Origin: Callorhinchus milii
Lineage: Eukaryota
Assembly (NCBI RefSeq): GCF_018977255.1
Contig: NW_024704743.1
Coordinates: 93,622,001 to 93,686,000, forward strand
Direction of reading: 5' to 3'
DNA: 64,000 nt
How positions within the stretch are numbered: the stretch's first letter is position 1; each line of letters begins with the position of its first letter. Shown here piece by piece: positions 1-10,091 of the stretch. The notes beneath the pieces were generated by a model. That model was not told the DNA's origin. It saw only the letters and a list, made by a program, of their open reading frames with translations, and did not search any database. The position numbers and the translations under genes are program-made.

Positions 1-72
1 GGTAACACTTCTCCCTCATATACACACACAGATGCTCTAACATTATTGGTCCATCAAACACTGACACCAATT

Positions 73-378
73 CAGGGGCGGATTATGCATGAAGGCCCCA
101 ACCAAAAATGGTGGTGCGGCAAGTCCAGGCTGTCCCAATGTGGGAGAAACTGCCCTATTCCCAAATGGGGGGCAGTGTGGAGCAGGTGCGGACTCAGTGC
201 ATGCTCTCCCCTGGTGCATAGTGGGAAGGGACTAGAGAGTGTTTTTCCGGAAAACTGACAGCGAGCACTAGATGCGGGGCCTGACCCCAGCACCGGCACT
301 GTGCAGACGGGCTCTGGCACTGTGCACAAGGGCCCTGGCACTGTGCAGAGGGGCCCAAGAATGTTTAACCTGGTTCTG
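73..378. mobile_element. Degenerate hAT-type non-autonomous element
   Basis: Starts CAGGGGCGGATTA, ends TAACCTGGTTCTG (8/13 inverted match); 8-bp flanks CACCAATT / CACCAGTG; internal 21-bp tandem GGCACTGTGCA...GGGC x3 at 296-357. Confidence 0.45.
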
Positions 379-629
379 CACCAGTGCACATTGATATATA
401 GAATACTCCATAATTAACTAATATTTTCTGCCTTCATATACACACTGAAACGTATGAATACCGTATATTGGAAACAGGATGAAGAAATATCAAAGCCCTG
501 ACTTCAATCATTTTGTGGTGATCCCTAATCAGCTCATGTGATAAAATAGGACAGCAAAAAAATGACATGGAGGGATCAATTAATTTCATGGACATCAATC
601 GCCAACAAAATACAGGCAATTTCCTTTAT

Positions 630-836
630 AGTATATTGTGGAGAAGGAAATTTCTTCCATTGTTGCAACAATTCCCCAAATAAAATTGGTTGTTCACTTC
701 ATAGCTGTTTGTGGAACATTCTAGGTGCAAATCAGCTGCTGTGTTTCACCCTAAATATACACAACCCTTTCATTTTACAGCATATCCCTTGGAGCGCTTT
801 TAGATGCTGTATCAAATGCGAGGATTATTACTACTA
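630..836 (+). mobile_element. Old SINE 3' half (DeuSINE-type body plus shared tail)
   Basis: gctgtttgtggaacatt...agcgcttt...atcaaatgcgaggattattact, matching tails of other copies. Confidence 0.7.
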
Positions 837-859
837 TCCCCTGCATAAAAGGTGCATAC

Positions 860-1080
860 TTGAATAGAACTCAGTTTTTCTCGGGGCAGCCAATTGAACA
901 TACCAGTGCCCCACAAACAATCGTGGGTTGAGCGTCCAATTTCTGTAAAAGGGATTCTTAACCTCTGAAAAGTGACCCCCCAACTGACTAACAATCTGGT
1001 TCCTACTCACTGCTGAGCTGAGTAAATAAACCCTGGTGTGTGGGGTAAAGGAATTGCCTGAGGTGTGGCCTTACCCGGGA
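860..1080 (-). mobile_element. Old long-form SINE fragment
   Basis: Reverse complement contains cagcagtgagtaggaaccagattgttagtc...cttttc...aatccc, homologous to the copy at 59465-59805. Confidence 0.6.
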
Positions 1081-1326
1081 GGGAGCGCCTTGCCATGCCT
1101 TGCCATGCCTTGCCTTGCCTGCAGTCAGGGGACATGGCCAGCAGGGCGCGGTAGCAGTAAGTCAGGACTGCAGCACTGTTCAGCCACTCGCCAACACTTG
1201 ACGTGAAGTTGTTTGAAGTTGATGGCAACTCCGCGCTTTAATCCTCGTCCCTCCTTCCCCTTGAACTGCTCCGCGTGTACTGTACCTGACATCAGGCCGG
1301 AGTTATGTGCCCAGACAGGTGCGCGC

Positions 1327-2281
1327 AGCCCCAGCCACAGCCCCAGCCCAGCCCCCAACCCCAGCCCAGCGCCAGCCCAGCCCACAGCCCCAGCCCTCAG
1401 CCCAGGCTCAGCCCCAGCCCAGCCCCCGCCCGCCAGCCCCAGCCCAGCCCCCAGCCCCAGCCCAGCCTCAGCCTCAGCCCAGCCCCTGCCCCCTAGCACC
1501 AGCCCCAGCCCAGCGCCAGCCCCAGGAAAGCCCCCAGACCAGCCTAGCCCCAGCCCCAGCCTCAGCCCTGCCCCAGCCCCAGCCCACAGCCCCAGCTCCT
1601 GCACGCCAGCCCCAGCCCAGCCCCTGCCCGCTAGCCCCAGCCCAGCCCCCACCCCCCAGCCCCAGCCCAGCGCCAGCCCACAGCCCAGCCCCAGCCCCAG
1701 CCCAGCCTCAGCCCCCGCCCGCCAGCCCCTGCCCAGCCCTGCCCTCCCTGCCCAGCCCAGCACTGCCCTGCCCCAGCCCTGCCCTGCCCTGCCCCACCCC
1801 TGCCCTGCCCCAGCCCAGCCCAGCCCTGCCCAGCCCCAGCCCTGCCTTGCCCTGCCCTGCCCAGCCCCAGCCCCAGCCCAGCCCTGCCCTGCCCTGCCCA
1901 GCCCTACCCTACCCTGCCCTGCCCAGCCCAGCCCAGCCCCAGCCCTGCCCTGCCCTGCCCAGCCCTGCCCTCCCTGCCCAGCCCTAGCCCTGCCCTGCCC
2001 TAGCCCTGCCCTGCCCTGCCCTGCCCTGCCCAGCCCCTGCCCTGCCCAGCCCCAGCCTTGCCCCAGCCCTGCCCTGCCCAGCCCCTGCCCTGCCCAGCCC
2101 CAGCCTTGCCCCAGCCCTGCCCTGCCCAGCCCTGCCCTGCCCTGCCCTGCCCTAGCCCTGCCCAGCTCTGCCCCAGCCCTGCCCAGCCCTGCCCAGCCCA
2201 GCCCTGCCCAGCCCTGCCCTGCCCTGCCCCAGCCCAGCCCTGCCCAGCCCTGCCCAGCCCAGCCCTGCCCAGCCCTGCCCT
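1327..2281. repeat. C-rich hexamer/pentamer tandem array (CCCCAG grading into CCCAG/CCCTG)
   Basis: Direct reading; extreme C-over-G skew on the + strand. Confidence 0.95.
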
Positions 2282-3412
2282 GTTCTAAAGGACTTCCCAG
2301 GAGAGGAATGCCTTTCCAAGTTATCTCTCCACAAATCCATCCGCATTGACAACAAAAAAAAAACGCCATTTCAATTTAAATCGTAACTCCCAAGAAAATG
2401 GGCATCACGTTCGCTGTGTACCCCCACCTTTTTTTTACGGGGCTTTCACAGACCCCACAGGAGGGGTTCCCATCGGGAGTTTTACAATGATCCGAAGGCA
2501 TCAATATTTGGATTCGTGTTGAAATGATCCAAAAGGCGTAAAAAATATTATTTCTGCGCCTTGAAAATAAAATAAAATAAAATAAGCCGTTCATTTCGGC
2601 GGATTAGCAGTAAAAGTCGCAGGTATTTATTTTGTTGGCTCTCAATGCTCTCCCGAGTTTGTTGTTTTAACTATTAACAGCTCAGTTTGCAAAGCCTTCG
2701 TGTCATTTCTTCCACCAGAAAAAGAGAGCACAACATTTATTTAATCCCATTGCAAAGCAAATCTCTTGCGAGTTCCGGAGGGGCAGTAAAACCCGCGGGA
2801 TGTCTCTCGCTCCTCGTGGGGTGCGGATTCTTTAGGAGGTTCCTGGTGTGATGTACCTGTTGCTAAATCCGATGTATTATTATTATTATTATTATTTCGT
2901 TCAATCCCCATTTTCCAAAATGTTTGGTAGAACGGCACAGACGAGGAGGAGCGAGTACCGGAGATTCCCAAAGCACAACATCGAATGAACATCTGCATTG
3001 ACTGTGGAAGAAATATTTGGTTGAAAGTATGGACTGTGTGTGGCACAGCGCCCGACTTACAGCGCTGTTGTTTTTTTTTATTTGGAGCCCAACGCTGAAA
3101 AGCATCAAACGATGGGACATCTCAGGTGTGAATCGCCTCCAGTGATCAGTGACACTCACGTACATAACGTGCAGTAACTGGACTGAACTACACTGCGCAT
3201 CGCGAGTTTACTAACTTACAGTGTTCCTCTTCAAATAAAAACTTTTCAGTTCAAACCCAACCAAAGAGATACCCCCCCACACCCCCCACACCCCCCACAC
3301 ACCCCTCTCCCTCTCTCTCTCTGCCATTGCATTTGGTAGGACCAGACTTTCTGACTTCCCGAAAGTCTCCCCAGGAATGTTGCCCTGAGAGGGGCTGTTA
3401 CTCGGGTGTACG

Positions 3413-3475
3413 TACACACACTCTCACACTCACACACTCACACACACACACACTCACTCACACACACTCACACTC
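3413..3475. repeat. Imperfect (CA)n/(CACT)n microsatellite
   Basis: cacacactctcacactcacacactcacacacacaca... Confidence 0.9.
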
Positions 3476-3640
3476 GGGGCTGAGAAGCTGAACACCCAAA
3501 CACTGTGCATCGTGTTCGCTGCCGCGGGAGGAATGCGCTGTGTGCAGACAGACAGCGCAACAAGTCCGGGCACCTCTGCGGCCCGCGACCGCCCCGGTAT
3601 GCGATCGCTCGCATCCCAACACCTGTCGCTTTGGCGAGGG

Positions 3641-3768
3641 CTGCCCCAGCCCCAGCCCCAGCCCCCAGCCCCCAGCCCCCAGCCTCCTGCCCCAGCCCCC
3701 TGCCCCTCCTAACGCCCTGCCCGGCCCGGCCCTGCCCCTGCCCCCTACCCCCTGCCCGGCCCGGCCGC
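3641..3768. repeat. Short second CCCCAG/CCCTG/CCCGG array
   Basis: Same units as 1327-2281. Confidence 0.85.
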
Positions 3769-3769
3769 T

Positions 3770-3860
3770 CCGAGCCATTGGTCGGAGGAGACGACAGATG
3801 CAAATGGTTGTGCGAGCGCCCTCCCCCTGCACCTGACTCGGGAATATTTACAGCACATTT
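3770..3860 (+). promoter_or_regulatory. Probable core/proximal promoter of the Snail gene
   Basis: CpG-rich context ~300-400 bp upstream of the ATG; reverse CCAAT (ATTGG 3777-3781), octamer ATGCAAAT 3798-3805, E-box CACCTG 3830-3835, TATA-like AATATTTA 3843-3850. TSS not determinable from sequence. Confidence 0.55.
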
Positions 3861-3914
3861 GCAGGAATGCTGCCGCACTCCCAACTGCTGCACCGACTTG
3901 ACTGACTGCTCGGC

Positions 3915-3961
3915 ACACCAGCACCAGCAGCACCAGCAGCACCAGCACCAGCAGCACCAGC
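3915..3961. repeat. (CAC/CAG)n triplet repeat, probably 5' UTR
   Basis: caccagcaccagcagcaccagcagcaccagcaccagcagcaccag. Confidence 0.85.
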
Positions 3962-4166
3962 CGACACAAGTTACTCTCATTCCTGCTCACACTCACACTC
4001 ACCCACTCTAACTTCTGGGTGACTTCTTATCATTCCAATTCCGAGAGATTGTTCCAGGCAAGATTATTTTTCTTTTTAAAAACAATTCCCCTTTCCCCCC
4101 ACCCCCCCCCCCCTTCCCTCCCCACCCATCCACCCACCCACCCACCCACCAACCGCCCCCAAAAAA

Positions 4167-4245
4167 ATGCCTCGCTCTTTCCTTGTTAAGAAACACTTCA
4201 GCACCAGCAAAAAACCAAATTACAGCGAACTGGACACGCAAACAG
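4167..4245 (+). CDS. snai2: Snail gene coding exon 1 (SNAG domain)
   Basis: Translates [26 protein letters not shown]; donor CAG|GTAATG at 4246. Confidence 0.96.
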
Positions 4246-6608
4246 GTAATGTGCATTTTGCTTGACCGACGTTGTAATTGAAGCAGTGGTTAACATTGCA
4301 TTACCAATGTGAGCATTTCTTGAAGCCACTTGTTGCAACTGAACGAATGGCTTTTGTGCCTAGAAGTTGGCCAGACTGCAAGTTATTAAGTTAACTTCAG
4401 CTACTTTTTTTTAAAAGCGGTGTTAAGCAGAAAACCCGATCACAGATCGGTGCTGGTAAAATTATGCACTGAACTCAATCCGCCCTACTTGTGCAAAATG
4501 GAAGCAATACGCCTCTTTCTACTCAAATATCACCGTCCGAGCAAATGTAACGTAAATCGACTTATTTCTTGCAACTTAAAACAGGGTTTGAGTGTTTCAA
4601 CTTCTGTTCCGTTTCTTTTTTATTTCCAGTTATCATTTCTCCCTATATGTATGACAGTTACCCCATCCCAGTCATTCCACAACCTGAGGTCTTGAGTTCT
4701 GGAGCTTACAATCCGGTGAGTGTGTGGAGCAGCGTGTGCCCCGGGATCATCCCCTCGCCCGTCCCGAGCGACCCTGCACCTGCCTCCGACTACTCATCGG
4801 TGCACTCTTCGCCCCTCAGTAGCGGCAGCCTGTGCCCGCTCGGTCGGCTCAGTCCTCAGCAGTCCCATTCCGACCGCCTGAACAGGGACCAGAGTGGCTC
4901 GGAAACGTCCATCAGCGACGAGGAGGAGCGGATTAGTGCCAAAGTCTCGGATCAACATGCAGTGGAGGCTGAGAAGTTTCAGTGTAACTTGTGCAACAAG
5001 GCTTACTCAACCTTCTCGGGACTGGCCAAACACAAGCAGCTGCACTGCGACTCTCAGACTCGAAAATCATTTAGCTGCAAGTACTGTGAGAAGGAGTATG
5101 TCAGCCTGGGAGCTTTGAAGATGCACATCAGGACCCACACTCTGCCCTGTGTATGCAAAATCTGTGGCAAGGCATTCTCCAGACCCTGGCTTCTGCAAGG
5201 CCACATCAGAACGCACACTGGTGAGTAAACTGCTCAAGTTTCCTTTTTGCAAAATAAATCGATTATATTTTAACATATGCTTTTGCTGGAAATTCATTGT
5301 CCATTCACCAAACCAGACTTAACGCTCGCGCTCGAAATGAAGGTTTCATTCTGACCCGGGTTTAGTTTTCACTGGGAAGAAATTCTACTCGAGTTTTAAT
5401 CTTACTCGTTATTTATGCAGCATTTCAGAATTAGACAAAGTATTCAATTCGGTTCTGGGTTGAAAGCGGTTTTCTTGCACTTTTGAAAAGTAATCCACGA
5501 ATTTTAGAAGTTAATCGAAAGAGAAACTGTGTTAAATGTTTGAACAGTGGAGTTTGTTTTTGAAACTTCTGCACGAATTTCGATTGCACCAAGGAGGACA
5601 GTTTGCNAAAAAAAACACTAGATTTGCAAGCACAACACTGTTGCAAAATCCAATTTAAGACTAAACAAAAAGATTTGTTTGAACCGTGGAAAGATTGTTG
5701 TGACTGGCAAATGTTGAGATGCGCCTTTGGGTTGCATTCTCAGTGCCTCCACTGAGTGAAAGGATACGCGGTGCTTTATTTGAAAATGTATGAAGTGGCA
5801 AACAGCTGATGTGCAAGGCAAGGCGCACGTATCTTACTGTTAGGAGGACCTCAGTTGGTAGGAACAGGCGGCAATGTCTGAATGCACCTGTTGCAACTGG
5901 CCTGCGCAGCACCATCTCACAACCTCACAGTCTGCTTCACCGTCGAGTCCATACTCCCTGAGTAAGCTCAGACGTCTCCTGCCATCCTTCTTAAACAAAC
6001 AACACGCGTTGTTATAAATACGTCGTGCCATTATTTTTAGGTATACCAGTAATTGGCAGTGCTTTAAATCCCGTTTACCTGACAACAGCATTTGCTAATG
6101 GTTCACTCAATAAATGCCATTAGAATGACAACTTTTGTTTGATCAGCCCCTCGAATACTGATCACCATTCTTAAGAGAGTATCCAAAGCAAATGAGAGTT
6201 CCATGTGTGCATGCCAACTTAAGTATAATGCAAGTGTTAACTTTACAAGAAGCAGGGACAACACAATAGAATTCAGGTAATTTACCTTTTAGGAATATAT
6301 TATATATATACGTATATAAGAAATAATGTTATGCTACTTCAGTGTAAATTGTTATTTCATATGAGATGTTTCATGCAGCTGAAATGAAATAAAATAAAGT
6401 TTTTTTTTCCCCCCATTCATTTCCAGGTGAGAAACCCTTCTCATGTCCTCACTGCAGCAGAGCTTTCGCTGATCGATCTAACCTGAGGGCACATCTTCAG
6501 ACACATTCGGACGTGAAAAAATACCAGTGCAAAAACTGCGCCAAAACTTTCTCCAGAATGTCTCTGCTTCATAAGCACGAGGAATCGGGATGCTGCCTAG
6601 CCCACTGA
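4167..6608 (+). CDS. snai2: Snail-family C2H2 zinc-finger transcriptional repressor, SNAI2/Slug-like (spliced CDS join 4167-4245,4630-5220,6427-6608; 283 aa). Snai1 orthology not excluded.
   Basis: SNAG motif MPRSFLVKK at the ATG; GT-AG introns, both phase 1; 79+591+182=852 nt in frame to TGA 6606-6608; five Snail-type fingers ending ...[10 protein letters not shown]. Family call is secure; paralog call is less so. Confidence 0.9.
4630..5220 (+). CDS. snai2: Snail gene exon 2 (Ser/Pro-rich region, Slug-like domain, fingers 1-3)
   Basis: Polypyrimidine tract and ttccAG acceptor at 4628-4629; [27 protein letters not shown]...[13 protein letters not shown]...[10 protein letters not shown]...HIRTHT; donor G|GTGAGT at 5221; matches ORF 4569..5228. 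Confidence 0.96.
6427..6608 (+). CDS. snai2: Snail gene coding exon 3 (fingers 4-5, stop)
   Basis: ttccAG acceptor 6425-6426; [60 protein letters not shown]. Confidence 0.96.
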
Positions 6609-7085
6609 AGGAAGGAACTGCACAAAGGACTAATTGTAACTTTGCTTTCATGTCTTCTCCTCTCCAAGCATTCCAGTTGCTCTGGTGAACCAGGAGTTTG
6701 GTTCCTTGAAACTGTTGGGAGACAACTTCTGTAACGTTCAATTGAGGTGAAAATCTTGAAAAGCGGGATTTTGATTATAATATAGTTTTAATAAGATGGA
6801 CTGCACACACCAAAGAACACCTCACATCACATTCCATGTAATACATCCCTCTTGGTGCCTTCTGTTGTTGCAATTGTACATTTATGTCCATATATAATGT
6901 AAATATTCTATTTTTGTATTTGAATGCATTTTGTCAAAAAAATGAACTGAATGCATTAGTGCACGTAGACACTTAAAAGCAAACCTGTACAGATTAAGGC
7001 TTGTTTGTTGGAAGCCTGCAGTTTAATATGTTTAACTATGCATTTTCCATCCACTTTTTTTAATTAAGCAAATGTGTTTTTCTAC

Positions 7086-7120
7086 AATAAATACGCAATG
7101 CTACTTTTTTTTACAATAAA
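7086..7120 (+). terminator. Tandem polyadenylation signals
   Basis: AATAAA at 7086-7091 and 7115-7120 after an AT-rich 3' UTR; T/GT-rich tract at ~7140-7155. Confidence 0.7.
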
Positions 7121-9915
7121 CATTTTTTTTAAAATTAGATTTCCTTTTGTGTGGCATTCCTTTCTGGGGAACATGTTAGGGATGTGCAAGGGTAGGTAGG
7201 TGTAAGACAGACCTCAATACACAAATGGTCATACAGGGTTAGCTTTGTTTGCGTGAAACGCTAGCTGTTAAATCCCATCTGTTTAAGATCAAAGATGTGA
7301 AGTATCCACATCAACAGCAAATCCACAGGACCCCAGTTCAGGAAATGACCATTTTCTTGCTGAGGTATGTCTCGAAATGGAAAGCCAATGGAAATCTGTA
7401 CTTTCATCGTTCAGCACACAGATACACTATTGAATACCGGTACATTCAAAGTTAATGTAAAGTGGAATCCTGAAATAGAAACAGAAACAAGGAAATGCAC
7501 AGCAGGTGTATAGGCATCTGAAAGCCAAAGCTAACAGTGGGTATCCTTCCGGGTGTGACCCTTCATCAGAGCTGGTGATGTTCCAGTGTATTAGTACCAG
7601 GGAAATCAGCACACCCCATGCCATGCCGAGTAACCACACTGCCACTATTTTCAACCCGATTTGCTCATTCGATTTTTTTAAAAAATGGCAACGTAGCTTT
7701 CTTTGCCAACGCAGTATGTGCACAATTTCCTCCTTTGTATCTTGGAGGTCCTGTAATCGAGTGACTTTTCGACTTGTTGGGGTGTATTGGCTGTTTTATT
7801 GTTAGCTAAAGACGGGGTGGATACCTGTGAGTTTGCCAATAGTGTAAGAGTAGCAGAAGAGTTTACCAGCTCTAGATTGGCTTTTTTTTGTAATAGTGTG
7901 TGCAACTGAATACGAAAATGGATAGCAGACAAACCAAATTAACCCAATCTACTCTTGATTTTGCAAATACAATGTTGCAAGAGTTTATTACTGCAAGGAA
8001 CTGTTTTGATCTCTCAGTTTGAGTGGTTCTCAGCAGGCTGGAGACAGTTGTGTAACGCACCAAGCCTTCCAAATTAAATTTTAAGTGGTTTGCAAGAGGT
8101 TAGCACCGCAGATTAACTGCACAATCTCGTCGCCTGGTTTTGATCAGAAGATAACAGCTTTATGGTAGCCTGGCAAGTACAGTGTGATGCTGATCAGATC
8201 TGCTTTGGCAATTTATCGAAATACCTCGTCACGAAGGATTGCGGGATCGTTTTCTTAAGAAAAACAATGACAATCTGAAATCGTCGTTCATTCGAAGTTA
8301 CCAAACGATCTCGGAATGAAAGGAAAACGGTGGCTAAAAGCTTCAGTGTTGACGATGAATGGCTGAGTGAATTAAGCGTGTGATCACATCAAGAATGTCT
8401 TAATCCACTCACCCCGTTCAAATGTTTGATCAAGTCGGCGGTAGCATTTATTAACTGGTGGAGGAGATGGATGTTTTGTCTGACACCAAATTAGCACCTG
8501 CCATTCATTGGGATGTCGGGGTCGTTTACCTCTCGGGAACACACAAAAGCAGCTCATATGCATTTGAAAACCGTCTGCGAAGCTCAGCATAACCCTGCAA
8601 CAGCCGAGCAACCACCCAGCACAGTTAACACGTTGATATTAATGCCATGTTTCTTCCTGTTTGTTGAGTGCAGGAGACAAATCTTTCCAAAGTTCAATGC
8701 AAAGAATGCATCCGAATATCAAGATTCAGATAGCTCAGCCTTCGGTTTAGATCGTACAAGTCAGAAGCTAAAACATGACTCTTTACATTTCTGGATCAAT
8801 TGGTAAGTTGGATCGGATTGAGGGTTTAAAACTTCTAACTCGTGTACTGCAGAGAGGGGGATTGTGAACGGATTCAAAGGGAACCTTGGAATCCGATAAG
8901 GCTTTGCAAAAAAAAAGGCTGTTTACTTTCAGCTTGTGAAGTTGTCAAATTAGTTCGAAATGTAGCATGTACTTGGTACATTAGTCTGGAGGCTCGCGAA
9001 ACTGGCTTTGAAGGAGCCCAGAAATGGCCAAATGGCCCTTTTTTGATCTCTCGTGGTCTCTCCTGCGCTTTAAATCTGACAGTCACCTGTGTACAGGCAT
9101 AGCAGCATATATTTCACCAGGAGGTCGTTAAATCACAGCAGTAACCGAGCAAAATCAAACATTTTATTTCCAGCTTCCTCTCAATTGCAGGAAACGGCAC
9201 AACAAGGCATTTCCATGTAGCTCGCATAAGATTAACCTGGATCTAGCCAGACCTCGCTGGTCTCCCCAAACTCCTTATGTCCTTGAGTCTGAAGGGTGTT
9301 GGGAATCTGTAGCCTCTAAATCTGTCCATAATTTATTTTTTTTGTTGCAGACTTGCTCTGCTCTCAGAGTAAAACGTAACACCAGAGGAAGTGTTCTCTC
9401 TTTGGCTTAATTGCAGTTTAGATATTTAAAATGTATCTTCAAGTATTCTTTCACATGTGGTGCATTAAAATATTCAGATATAAGTGCCCTCTCATTACAG
9501 TGGAAGTGTGCCATTGATTCGCAATTATAACATATGTGAGGCAGTCTACCCCTCCCCCCCCCCCCATTATCGTTGCAGTTAATTTCTGGCAATATTGAAG
9601 TGATTATATCAGAATTGTAATGTTTCAACAAGATTATAAATGTGAATGGATCTGAGTGTCCAGGTTCAGTTTCAGTCATGAAATCTAGCACTGAAAAATG
9701 CTTCCACACAGCAGAACAGACTAACGATTTTGTATCAGGGCTACAGACACTATAGGCAATAAATAATTGGTGCTTAGAAGGTATTACAATGCAAATAATC
9801 ACATCCTAAGATTCAGATGACAAACCACAGTAAACTCGGGATAACTCAGCACTTCAAGGGAAAAGGGCTCAGCAACCAGTTATCCGGTGGCGAGTTAGGC
9901 TTAGGTGCTCCCACG

Positions 9916-9930
9916 CCACAAGGGGGTGCT
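9916..9930 (+). promoter_or_regulatory. Candidate CTCF site
   Basis: CCACAAGGGGGTGCT fits the CTCF core CCASYAGRKGGCRS closely. Confidence 0.5.
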
Positions 9931-10091
9931 ATGATTGGTGTCAGTGCTCCACAGAGGTTGGGTGCACAAGCTCAGATGTTGACAGAGTAAGAGTGACAAG
10001 TTAAGCCAGGGTCTTGTGATCAGGTATTTACTCACTTTCGAGTCTGGTCTTCGTAGGTTTTGAAGCCATACAAAACTTGTATTACTACTAT

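Noticed and set aside
1327..2281. Immunoglobulin switch region
   Set aside because: Only compositional similarity; AGCT palindromes are rare and there are no Ig exons nearby
1125..2369. Long Pro/Ala- and Gly-rich ORFs on both strands (378 and 414 aa)
   Set aside because: Stop-free by composition of the tandem array; several frames open at once; no domain or splice context
3505..4011. ORF with a His/Gln run as an extra coding exon or uORF
   Set aside because: Non-ATG start, built from simple repeats, stops before the SNAG ATG; SNAG must be N-terminal
4569..4629. N-terminal part of ORF 4569..5228
   Set aside because: Intronic polypyrimidine tract upstream of the acceptor
5607..5607. Ambiguous base N
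   Set aside because: Assembly uncertainty next to a poly-A run in intron 2; no biological meaning
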